A stretch of 64,000 bases of DNA from Octopus sinensis. Lineage: Eukaryota. The position numbers were made by a program, and so were the translations under genes. The number at the start of each line of letters is the position of its first letter. Positions within the stretch are counted from its first letter, which is position 1. Below the pieces are notes generated by a model. The model saw nothing but the letters and a program-made list of their open reading frames with translations. It had not been told where the DNA came from and did not search any database. The stretch is from contig NC_042997.1 of NCBI RefSeq assembly GCF_006345805.1, positions 211,234,001-211,298,000 of the forward strand, given 5' to 3'. Below are positions 13,440 to 26,499 of this stretch, in pieces.

Positions 13440-14495
13440 TATGTATGTGCTTGTATGTGTGTGTGTGTGTATATGTGTATATGGTTTGTTTGTATTGTAT
13501 ATGTGTATATATGTATATGCATATGTATGGTAAATGTATGTGTTTATGTATGTGTATGTATGTATAAAATATTATATAATTAGGGCTTAGTAAAATAAAA
13601 TAAATTACTTTGCCACATACTAAACTTTCTAGAAATAGCAGCAATAAAGTTTTTTAGCCTCTTCCACTACTTAGAGAATTTTTTCCCTCTAACTTTGTTT
13701 ACTCAAATTAATAATGGTCCCTTTACATACTGAACACTTGATGAAATTGATTAATAACTAATTAACTTTACCCTCCCTTGTTGATATAATATATATATGT
13801 ATATGTGTACATGTATGTATATGTGTGTGTGTGTATGTTGTGTATGTATGTATTTGTATATATGTGTGTGTGTATATGTATGTGTGCGCGTGCGTGTGTA
13901 TGTATGTGTATGTATACTTGTATGTAATGCATGTATATATATATATATATATGTGTGTGTATATGTGATTATGTATGTTTTATATAGATATGTAATTTAT
14001 ATATATATGTATGTATATGCATCTGTCTGCGTGTGTGTATGTGTATATATGTATATGTATGTGTGTGTGTGTGTGTATGTATATATCTATATATATATAT
14101 ATATATATAGGTTATATAATATATATATGTATGCGTATGTGTATGTACATGTATATGTATGTATGTGTGTATATGTATATATGTTTATATATGTGAGTAT
14201 GTAGAGATATAAGTATATGCATGAGTTGTGTGTGTGTGTTGTATATATATATATATATATGTATGGAATGTGTATCAGTGTATATGTATATATGTATGTG
14301 TGTGGGTATGTATATGTATGTATATGTGTATATATGTATGTGATATGTGTTATATGTGTATATATATGTATGTGTATATGTGTATATATGTGTATATATA
14401 TGTATGTATGTGTATGTGTATGTGTATGTATGTATATATATATATATGTATATATGTATAATATATATATATATATATATTTATTATATAGAAGG

Positions 14496-14547
14496 AGCTT
14501 CTACAGGGACTAGTACTGTTTCATTCAAGAGAAATCTTCAGGAAGCT
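14496..14547 (-). ncRNA. Type I hammerhead ribozyme, inverted copy (left arm of small palindrome)
   Basis: Reverse complement of the 15909-15959 motif with one extra base in loop III. Shares the central AGCT with the plus copy. Confidence 0.72.
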
Positions 14548-14592
14548 TCCTGAAGATTTTCTGAATGAAACAGTACTAGTCCTGTAGAAGCT
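14544..14592 (+). ncRNA. Type I hammerhead ribozyme, second copy (right arm of small palindrome)
   Basis: agcttc CTGAAGA ttttctgaat GAAA cag tactagtc ctg TA gaagct. Near-identical to 15909-15959, with a shorter stem II. Confidence 0.7.
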
Positions 14593-14916
14593 CCTTCTAT
14601 ATAATAAATTAATTTTACTCTGCTATGTATTGAGTACCTTACTTACTGGGTTTAACCCCGAATCAACCCGGGACCTACATATATATATATATAATATATA
14701 TGGTGCGTGTGGTGTGTGTATGTAGGCATATATGTATGTATGCATGTATATGTGTATGTATATATATGTGGTGTAAGTGTGGCATATATGTATGTAAGTA
14801 TGTGTGCGCGTATGGTATGTATGTATGCTTGCACACGTGTAACTATATGTGTGTGTGTGTATATATTGGATGCGTGTGCGTGTGTGCACGTGTGTATGGG
14901 TACGCATGTATATGTG

Positions 14917-14980
<64 letters not shown>

Positions 14981-15067
14981 ATAGTGTGTATGTGTATGTA
15001 TGTGTAATATATATATATATATAGGTATTGTACTGTATGTAGGAGTATATATATGTGTGGGTGTGTA

Positions 15068-15100
<33 letters not shown>

Positions 15101-15908
15101 GTATATTTTATTGGTGATATGTATAGACTAGCCTCCTAAAGTGTAGACACGAATCTGTAGGTACGAGTACGTATGTGTATATACGTGAACGTATTAGATA
15201 TTTGTATGTATGAATATAACGCGTGCGTACGTGTATGTGTATGAGTGTACGAAGGGGTGAATGTACGGCTAACGAGTGTGCGTGCGGGAAATGAGTACTT
15301 GCCTTCTAGTAGGACAGACAAATGGACATGCTGCCATAGCCAGGATCCTTAGCTCTAGCGATCAAAGATAACAAAAGTAATAAATGAAGATAATAAAATT
15401 AAAATTAGGGAATGGGCCCTGTATTGGATTGTATATATATACATATATGTATGTATGTATGTGTGGGTTGTGTAGGTATGTATAGGTACACATGTGTATG
15501 TGCATGTGTATGTATGTGTGTGTGTGTATGTATGTGCACACATGTATATATGTGTTGCGTGTATATGTATATATATATATATATATATATGTACATATGC
15601 GTATGTGGGTGTATGTGTATATATAGGTGTAAATATATTTATATAGGGACTAGGTGTGTTGTGTGTGCATTTTTATTTTTTTTTATTTTTTTTTATTTAT
15701 TTATTTATTTTTTTTTATTTATTTATTTTTTTATTTTTTTATTTTTTATTTTTTTATTTATCTATTCTTTCATCTAACTTACCACTGACTCCTTGACCAC
15801 TCCCCCAAGTATGATATTTTGGCGCTATGCCTACCCCCAAAAAGTCCCCCACCACCACTCCTTTAAAACCTGCCTAAATGTATAAATGCTAATACAATTC
15901 TTGTTAAT

Positions 15909-15959
15909 AGCTTCCTGAAGATTTCTCTTGAATGAAACAGTACTAGTCCTGTAGAAGCT
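15909..15959 (+). ncRNA. Type I hammerhead ribozyme (Penelope pLTR-like)
   Basis: Stem I agcttc, core CTGAAGA, short stem II (ttc/gaa), GAAA, stem III cag...ctg, TA, stem I' gaagct. Predicted cleavage after GUA at 15953. Followed by aataaa and (TA)n. Confidence 0.8.
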
Positions 15960-15969
15960 CCTTCTATAT

Positions 15970-17616
<1,647 letters not shown>

Positions 17617-18059
17617 TTGGATGGCCGTTGACTCTTAAGAGTTCTTCCGCCCTCTTACAGGTTTTGTTTTTAGTCCTGTACGGTGTCCAATACAGACCCT
17701 TCCTCACCAAGTGGAATTGGTAGGGGTTTAGTTGCTGACAACCTGACCATGTGACAGGTAGTCCTGGGTTATACGGTACCAGTAGCGTAAATGACCTGAC
17801 ATAAATTCTTATATGTATATTGTCGTCTGAATTGTGGATGTGTGTGTCAGGTGCGTGGTGAACTGTGGGTGAGTGTTAGGCGTGTGTGTGTGTGTATATA
17901 TATTTACATTTTTATTCTTGAATATATGTGTGTATATTGCATGTACGTGTGCTTTTTTTGGGGGGGTTCCATTTTTGAGGGAATGGACATTTTATTTATA
18001 TATATTTGCATTTTCTTTTATTTCATGTGATTTTGTGGATGTAGTTAAAGGGGTAGATG

Positions 18060-18975
18060 CAGCTTCTAGGCTTGATAAAGTCATGGGGAAGGCAATCCGT
18101 CTAGGAGAAAGTAACTCTGAATTCAAATCCTTCACTGCTTCTTGCAGTTAGCCTTTGGTTGTGCAAACACTGGGGGAAGGACACTCTGATATAAAAACCA
18201 CTGGAGAGGTTAAACTCCAGGATTATAAAACATCCAACCTCCATAATCACCCAGTCATTTTGCCTTGGTTTATCACTGGATATCAGATTTTGGGGGAGGA
18301 GTGGGTGCTGTACGCGTCATACAAGCGTGTGGCATTGATATTTAAATGTACAGACATCTCTTCAAGCCCCGCAGCAATGGAATAGTGGTGACATGTGCAG
18401 GCTTATGGGCTGGGAGCACATAGTCACGAATCTGCACATGGGCAGCTCAGGGTCCGTCTAACATCGCTGCATTGTTGAAAGAACAGCGTCATGCTTCGGT
18501 GGGGTCGAGAGCATCTGAGCAGCCCTCTCTAGGGTAGTACTTCTCACCCAGAAATCTGGGAAACGTCTAGAAAAGGTGACCCAAACAAATGCCTGTTCTA
18601 CCATCTAGCTGGTCAGCAACCTGCAGCTGACGGCCGTTCACAACAGCAGGAGGAATACAAAGAGAAAACATGCAAGCAAGAAATATAGATTATGGGTAGG
18701 TGTATGGAATGTCAAGGGACACTTCTTGATCATGAAGGGTCAAGGAACCCTGAACAGCAAACTGGCAGAATAGCCAAGGAGTTGGCTCCGTATAACATTG
18801 ACGTTGCTGCATTCTCTGAAACTCGGTTGAGTGATGGAATTGAGAGAAGCAGGTGCTGGATGCACTTTGTTGGAAGGGGAAACCAAACGAGTAGGGGCTG
18901 TTGGCTTTGCCATTCCTACCGGATTAACCCACAAAATAGAACGACCTAATGGTTTATGTATCTTCGAGCTCCTCT
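18060..18975 (+). mobile_element. RTE/BovB-like LINE 5' fragment (UTR plus APE endonuclease start), degenerate
   Basis: tggaatgtcaag (WNV), TLLD...IAKELAPYNIDVAAFSETRL and GVGFAI-like motifs of the APE domain. Confidence 0.7.
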
Positions 18976-18989
18976 ATCATGCAATCGTT

Positions 18990-20485
18990 AGACAAGTGGT
19001 TGGTAAGAGCTGTAACAAGCCCTGTACAGGGATGCTGTCAATAAGGTGAATATTGCAATGAGTATTATGAATAATTTCGGGTAGAAGTAGGGTTTTACCA
19101 AAGATCAGTCCTCAGCCCCCTCTTATTCATTACAGTCCTCTATGCTGATGGCCTTGCTCTAATAGCAGAGTAACTGCTAGAACTAGAGATGAAGTTTAGG
19201 ATGTGGAAGCAAGGTCTAGAATCGAAGGGCCTTAGAATTAACCTAGCAAAAACCCAAGTCTTAGTTAGTAGGAAGGCTGTCAAACCACAAACCCCTTCAG
19301 GTAGATGGCCCTGCTCGATCTGTAGAAAAGGCGTGGGTAGAAACTCCATACAATGTACCAGGTGTAAGCTATGGACACATAAAAAGTGTAGCAATATCAA
19401 AGGAAGGTTAACCGGGAAAGTAGTTTTTGTGTGTGGCAGATGCACAGGGGCAATAAACACTGAAGATGTACAGAAAACAGATTCCAACACATGCCAGGGG
19501 GAGAAACTAGAAGTAGTTAATAGCTTCTGCTACCTAAGTAACCAAGTCTGTAGTGAGGGTGGATGCTCAGAGATCATTACCGCTAGAATAAGAATAGCCT
19601 GGGCAAAGTTCAGGGAGCTCCAACCTCTGCTGGCAACTAAGGGCCTCTCACTCAGGATGAAAGGTAGACTGTATAATGCATGTGTGTGAACTGCCATGCT
19701 CCATGGCAATGAAACATGGCCCATGACTGCTGAGAACATGTGTAAGATTGAAAGAAATAAAGCTAGTATGATTTGCTGGATATGTAATGTCAGTGTGCAT
19801 ACATGACAGTGTAAGCACCCTGAGAGAAAAGTTGGGCATAAGAAGCCTCAAATGTGGTGAGCAAGAGAGATGACTGCGCTGGTATGGCCATGTGTTACGT
19901 ATGGATGAGGACAGCTGTGTGAGGAAGTGCCACTCCCTAACTGTAGAAGGAACCTGTGGAAGAAGTAGACTCAGGAAGATATGGATGAGGTTGTGAAGCA
20001 TGACCTTTAAACATTGGGCCTCACAGAGATGATGACAGGAGACTGAGACCTATGGAGATATGCTGTGACTGAGAAGACCCAGCAGCTAAAGTGAGATCGC
20101 AGCCATGGCTGGTGCCAGTGTTGCATGTCCAGCCCATTTAAGAGTACCCTTGATGCGTTGGGTGATATGATGTGCTTGAAAATACCTCTTGAATCAAGTA
20201 AAACCAAAATCATAGCTGTGACCGGGTATCCATTGACTGGCCCGTGGCACATAAAAAGCTGTATCTAAACGCAATTGATGCTAGTACTGCCTGACTGGCT
20301 CCTGTGCCGCTGGCATGTAAAAAGCAACCATTACACTCTCAGAGTGGTTGGCATTAGGAAGGGCATCCAGCTGTAGAAACATTGCCAGATCAGACTGGAG
20401 CCTGGTGCAGCCTCCTGGCTTTCCCGACCTCAGTCAAACCGTCCAACCCATGCCAGCACAGAAAACGGACATTAAATGATGACGA
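18990..20485 (+). mobile_element. RTE-clade LINE 3' fragment, degenerate
   Basis: YADGL, KGLRINLAKT, WPCSICRKGVGRNSIQC, AWAKFREL; same 3' tail as 45776-48643. Confidence 0.9.
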
Positions 20486-20553
20486 GGATTTTGCACTGTT
20501 TATTTTTTTTGTTATTACTATTATTAATTTCTTTTTTTTTTTTTATTTTTCAG

Positions 20554-20825
20554 CTGAGCGTTATTGTTCTCTTCTCGAGAAAGAATCTGGAGTAGAAATT
20601 CTTCTGGCGCTTAAGGCTGATCCACGACCATATTCTCGCATTAAAGAACTTGCCTCGAAGGTTGTAAGTCAAATCACAGAAAATAAGAACAAGCCTAGTG
20701 AGTCAAAAGAAGGTTCTGCGTCGCATGTTGACTCTGAAATGACATCAGAAGAGGAAGACGAAGAGGACAGAGAGGAGGAAGTAGAGGAAGAGGGTGAAGA
20801 TAGTGAGGTAGAAATGATACAATAA
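20554..20825 (+). CDS. ZER1: Protein zer-1 homolog, terminal coding exon
   Basis: Long T tract plus ttcAG|CT completes CCT (Pro). Encodes ERYCSLLEKESGVEILLALKADPRPYSRIKELASKVV... then an acidic tail and TAA at 20823-20825. Confidence 0.92.
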
Positions 20826-21195
20826 GGAGCAAACATCTTTCTTGCCCTCTTTCTCTTTCTCTTCTTCTCCTCCTTCAATAATCTTACTTTTGGACTCTTT
20901 ATCTCAATACTGTCTCCTCCTCCTCCTCCTCCTTCAGGCTTCCAGACCTTTTCCCCCTTGTTTCTTCTTCCATTGTTCTTTTTTTTCTTTTTGTTAGCTT
21001 AATGAACATTTCTTTCAGCCAGACCATCTTTTACTTCTGGCACCATTGCAGCATAGATTTCAATATAAAAACAAAAACCATAGACTACCGAACCGAATGA
21101 GGTCTGTTGTTTAGAAGTCTCATTCGAATAATAAATATGAACGATTGTAATGTTTGTTGTGAGTATTTGAGTTATATATTGGTCAGCAGTGAGGC

Positions 21196-21231
<36 letters not shown>

Positions 21232-22330
21232 ACCACTTGGGAAAGAAAAGAAGAAAAGTCAAGAATTAAGTCCCAGGATTTCCTTCTGTTCTTTTTTTTT
21301 TTCCAAGAAAGGAAAAGAAGAAAAAGAGAATTGTTTGGGAATTGAAGAAGATTGATGTACGCTTTATTAATTCTCCTTGATTGGTCCTAACTGTCACTCT
21401 TTAACCAAATATAACAGCTATGGGCAAAGGAAATTGGTATTTTAAATAAAATAACAAAAAAAAAAGTTTAAAATTACTTGGCCAAATTGTTTTGTTTTTG
21501 AAAAGGACAAAAAGAAAAAACACTAAAAAATAAATAAATAAATAAATAAAAGAACATCTGAACCAGAAAAGGTAAGCAGAGCTTGCCATTACTTGAATAA
21601 TAATAATAATGCTATTTATTTCTGTTTCTTCCTGCCTCTGAAGAGATTCCAGACTGTCACACTTCTCACTTAAACACTTACAACTCTGCCATTCTGACTC
21701 TTAATTTATCTTATTTTCATTACCAAAAAAAAAAGAAAAAAGAAAAAAAAAAGAGGGGGATTATTATTATTATTATTTCTTGAAATAACTACAGATTGAT
21801 TCTCACATTGTTATTTTTTTGATTTTGTTTTCTCTTTATATTTTCATGGATTTTATGACTTTTTTTTTTGTTTTTTATTATTTGTAGATTAGTTATTTTT
21901 GTTTTTGTCCTTCATCTTTTAGATTTCTTGAACTCTCTAATAGACTGGAATAATTCTTGACAAGTGGAAATATTTACAAATAATGTATAAAGAATATATG
22001 AAATCACTTTTACTGCCATTGTAGAGATAGATGAAATTAGAAATAAAGAAATATAACATATTGAACAAAAATTTGAAAAAAATACAATAATTTGTTGAAA
22101 TTTTTATTTTAATTTATTATGTTTTATATTTTTTGTTTCAAATCTGCTGTTATCATATTTTAGGTTGTCGGGAAAATAATTTCTTCTTTTCTGTGTATGA
22201 AGTGTACAACAATGGAAATTGTTTTTTATGTCCTGTGACATGTTTGTTATAATAAAATGTAATCAAGGCTGGTGTTTGTCTTTGCAAGATGGGAATTGGT
22301 AAAGTTCAATAAATGCTTTACTACAATCGT
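20826..22330 (+). promoter_or_regulatory. Probable ZER1 3' UTR with poly(A) signals
   Basis: TE-free, A/U-rich sequence after the stop. AATAAA at 22251-22256 and 22308-22313, each followed by GT-rich sequence. The true end is not determinable. Confidence 0.55.
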
Positions 22331-23096
22331 ATGCTGTGTGTTTATTAAACCCAAACTTTAACGAAAGCCAGGAAATGTGATGGGATCTTTTTTTTTTTTT
22401 TAATTTTATTCTCATAATTCTTGCTTTAAGTAATATATAATTACAACTGGAAAAAAAAATTGTCTCTGCAGAATTTTCCTTCTAAGGATTACAAAGTGTT
22501 TGACAAAGTTCCACACTCTAGTGATTGCTAATGAAGCTACAAGTTGATGAACAGCTTGCAATGGCCATGCAAGTTGTGTCCAAAAGGGGCTGATCGGGGG
22601 TTCACTGCCCTTTATGTCTCTTGTAGCCCTCCAGGTCATAACAAAGGTGTTTGAGAGTGGCTGCTCATAGGAATTCCACTGTATTTATGACAAAGGTCAT
22701 ACAGCCTAAACTCTTGTAAGATATAAAGAAGAAAATCCAGAAAATGAAAGCTAGGAAAGTAGGCCGGACTTTGCTCCGGCCATCGGAGAAATGGTCTTGC
22801 TGGACATGCGGTAAAGGAGTTGTGTATCCTCTGTGCAGGGTCTGGGTTCACAAGGACAGTTGGGGGTCATAGATAGGCTGAGAGGCAAAAATAATCACTA
22901 AAAGCAAATAATAGATTGTCAAGTATTTGGGCAGCTCCCAACCGAATTTGCAGTAGGGGTGAGTGTTCCAAAAGCATAGTACCAGCGTAAGAATGGGTTG
23001 GAGAAAATTGAGGGAGCTGGTAAGAAAGGGCATCTCTCTGAGAGTGTAGGCCAGATTATATATGCCATTGCTGTTATTAGCAGTTTGAAAATGCTT

Positions 23097-23558
23097 GATA
23101 CACACCATTTGTCAACAAGCGAGATATATTCTCCATGACAAACTGCAGCGAGTTGCTTGTTTCCCCCAGTTTGAACATGCACCAAGCATATTCAGGCTGA
23201 GAACAACGTTGCAATTTCATTTATCTCTGTCCCCTCCGTAACTTTTCTTACTGTGAGCCAGTGTGTAGTGCTGCCAGTCACCTGATGGTGACTAGAGAAA
23301 CATTAGAGGGGGTAATCTCTGAATTCAGCTTGCAGTGCCATCTGCCTGGTGTCTGTGACTGAAGAGGAAATAACTGCTCCAAAATGCTAGCATTTCACAG
23401 TCTAGGTAGGTGGCGCTGTGAACTGATCTAGATGTATACACACCATTTGTCAACAAGTGAGATATAGTCTCTGAGACAAAACACTACCAGCAGCTTGTTT
23501 CCCCCCAGTTCGAACATGCACCAAGCATATTCACGATGATAACAACATTGCAATTTCA
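23097..23558. repeat. ~120-bp imperfect direct repeat pair
   Basis: caccatttgtcaacaag...gaacatgcaccaagcatattc...ttgcaatttca at ~23097-23220 and ~23435-23558. Confidence 0.75.
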
Positions 23559-24104
23559 CTGATTACTGCTTAGTGCTCCCCCGCTCCATATATAAATTAT
23601 GTGGGTGTTGACTGTTGAAGATTTGTAATGTCTAGAAAGTAGCGAAGACGTGAACACACTGTGTAGTTGGTGTAATATTAGTGTATCGAAGGGAAACTTG
23701 CACTGTGATGTGTGGTGGTGATGATGATGATGAGTGAACACTAAGTTAATAAAACCCATGGAAGACTAAAAAAGAGATAGGATAAAATGAGGAAAACTGA
23801 CCTTAGCTTCCCAAAAGACTGCAACTATTGGTGCCATGCAATGCTGGAGAAGATTCGCTCATCCATGGAGTGTCCTAGAGAGATCTGCATCCTTTTTCTT
23901 CTAGTTAAGAAGTTCAGCACAAATTCTGAAGGTATTTGGACTCAACACAGCTCAGATCCTGAAAAGCAAATCAAGGAAGGAGCATCAACAGAATTTGGCA
24001 GCCTCACGTCTTCAAGATAACTAATGGCCAAGCAAAAACAGTTTAGTTGATCCCTGTATCCCAGTCTCTGTACAAGGAAAAATTTGGTAATTTATGTATT
24101 CCTT

Positions 24105-24272
24105 AAGGTGGCTAGCTGGCAGAAATGTTAGCATGCCGGGCGAAATGCTTAGTGGCATTTCGTCTGCCGTTACGTTCTGAGTTCAAATTCCGCCAAGGTC
24201 GACTTTGCCTTTCATCCTTTCGGGGTTGATTAAATAAGTACCAGTTACGCACTGGGGTCAATATAATTGACT
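24105..24272 (+). mobile_element. tRNA-derived SINE (second family), 3'-truncated
   Basis: Colinear with 63648-63810. Confidence 0.8.
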
Positions 24273-24504
24273 GCCCCCCTCCCCTAACATTTTAATCTAA
24301 TCTGTTAGTATAGAGACATCAACAAGTAAGACATGCCACAATGATCAAATGAAACCATGTGAAGAGACAACAGCAGCCATTCTTGACAGGAATTTACTTG
24401 AAACGTTGACTCTTTCTTGCCTATTCTCTGCCATTTCATTAAATATAATTAATTACATCAGACAAGTCTGCAACAAATATGATTTTTTATGAATTTTTTT
24501 TCTT

Positions 24505-25016
24505 TCATGTATAGATGTTTTCGATCTAGTTTGGATTCTTTGCCATCAAATTTGAATTTTTCAATTGGTGCTCAAACCTTGAAAAAGAAAAGAGTTAAAC
24601 TACATCAGCCGTAAGGGAATACATGTCTATCTTATCTAACTCGTCCAGTAGAGCCCACCAATTGATATCTGAAAAGTTCGATGAAATAACTCACGAACAC
24701 AGCCATAGCTTCTGACAGATCTGAACGAGGGGAGATAATAAGCGAATGATTCTTTTTTCTATTATCTCTCCTTGTTCACACCTGTCAACGTAACATCTTT
24801 TGGTAGAAGCTATGGCTGTGTTCATGAGTTATTTCATCGAACTTTTCAGATATCAATTGGTGGGCTCTACTGGACGAGTTAGATAAGATAGACATGTATT
24901 CCCTTACGGCTGATGTAGTTTAACTCTTTTTTTTTTTTTCAAAGCTTGAGCACCAAATGAAAAATTCAAATTTGATGGCAAAGAATCCAAACTAGATCGA
25001 ACACATCTATACATGA
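24505..25016. mobile_element. Foldback MITE with ~210-bp near-perfect inverted arms
   Basis: 24505-24713 is the reverse complement of ~24805-25016. An inner hairpin (gaacgaggggagataata / tattatctctccttgttc) occupies the spacer. Confidence 0.88.
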
Positions 25017-25458
25017 TGTCAGAGATTTCTTCTACCAGCAGCTAGAACAGGTTACATGTTGCCGTTGTTGAGATACAAGTAATTATTATTGATTTACCCT
25101 GCAGTATTGTTGTATTTGTCTCACAAACGACTTGTTCTGAGGTCCAAGGTTCAAACTGAAGCAAATCCTTGTCAGTATTGAGTCCTTCTCTTCATTAAAC
25201 AACACAAAAAGAGTTCAGTTCACTTGAAATTTATTTCATGATTTGTCATTCACGAAATAAATTTGAAAGTCTATTTAGCAGATTTCTGTGATAATAAACA
25301 AGCAGAGTAAATTTTCTATGAATAATTGCGTAGTGGTTATTATGTGTGGGTATCATGGTGAATAGACGCAAAAGGAATGTGTATGCCGTTGAAGTAAACA
25401 AATGAGTGGATCGAGTCATAGTCAAAACATAATTCATTCACTGGACTTAATTTCTCGT

Positions 25459-26456
25459 GGATCTTTTCCTTTTGAACGGCACATGTCAACACAATTTCTA
25501 GTTAACCAAACACTTTAAAACTTCGTATACTGGTGGAATGTATCAAAATAAAGCATTTTTTTCTCTTGGCTTTCTTGAGAAAATTGTAATTTGTTTTTTA
25601 ACGTAGTTTAATTTTTCGAATTTTAACCAATGAATCGCCTCTAATTGAGCTAAAATCATTTGCTGCGTTACTAACCCTCACCCTAACCCTAATTTAGGGT
25701 TAGTTACAAGATGTCTCAGTTTTAGACGCAGCAAATGATTTTAGCTCAAAAGAGAGCATAGGATTGGTTAAAATTCGAAAAATTAAACTACGTTAAACAA
25801 ACAAATTACAATTTTCTCAAGAAAACCAAGAGAAAAAAAATGTTTTATTTTGACACGTTCTACCAGTATACGAAGTTTTAAAGTGTTTAGTTAACTAGAA
25901 ATTGTCTGCCGTTCAAAAGGAAAAGATCCGATTGGGTTTATTTACATTTGCGAAGAAAAAAAGATACCCTTCCCCCACCCCTAACCCTAAATAGATTGAA
26001 ATGCAAAGATCGATACTAGGGTTATAATTATGGGTGACATTTTCATTTGACACCGCTAGAAAAAAATCCCATTTTCCGTAGCGGTGTTGTATGAAATTGT
26101 CACCCATAATTATAACCCTAGTATCGATCTTTGCATTTCAATCTATTTTAGGGTTAGGGGTGGGGGAAGGATATCTTTTTTCTTCGCAAATGTAAATAAA
26201 CCCAATCTGTTTCTTAAACAAGGGACATATTCATACAGCACGGTATGTTTTGACTCCAAATGGACTCCAGCGATTGGTTAAAATTGCCGAAATGCTCGAT
26301 TTTAAAGTGGAAATATCTTACAAACTATAGAATTTTCTCAATAAAGCCAAGAAAAAAATGATGTTTTATAAACACATTCTATCAGTATACGAAGTTTAAA
26401 AGTGTTTAGTTAACTAGAAATTGTGTTGACATCTGCCGCTCTAAAGGAAAAGATCA
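25459..26456. mobile_element. Compound foldback element with GGATCTTTTCC termini and telomere-like motifs
   Basis: Arm 25459-25670 is inverted at ~25720-25929 and again at ~26270-26456. A second palindrome spans ~25930-26045 / ~26090-26208. ccctaaccct/ttagggttag motifs at ~25672-25703, ~25978-25990 and ~26148-26160. Confidence 0.8.
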
Positions 26457-26499
26457 TAATTTTTTTTTACACAAAGTAACACACAAAAACACAAAGTAA

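Larger units (their letters stand above)
10450..15100. repeat. Giant inverted repeat (palindrome) with 24-bp spacer at 12770-12793
   Basis: The unique island at ~11765-11990 mirrors ~13565-13790. Distinctive microsatellite words (gcagacagatgc at ~11511; tacccatacacgtgcac at ~10811) reappear reverse-complemented at ~14020 and ~14885. Outer limits are approximate. Confidence 0.85.

Noticed and set aside
13570-13790. Hammerhead in the mirrored unique island (ctgaacacttgatgaaattg)
   Set aside because: The core is CTGAACA rather than CTGANGA, and no convincing stem I or III forms.
20382-20553. 5' part of the 147-aa ORF as ZER1 coding sequence
   Set aside because: It is RTE tail and polypyrimidine tract upstream of the acceptor at 20553.
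22412-23100. Host coding exons downstream of ZER1
   Set aside because: Short frames with stops and no consistent splice signals. It is more likely a very old LINE remnant, too decayed to classify.
25672-26160. Telomere or interstitial telomeric array
   Set aside because: Only two to three hexamers per site, inside a foldback element.
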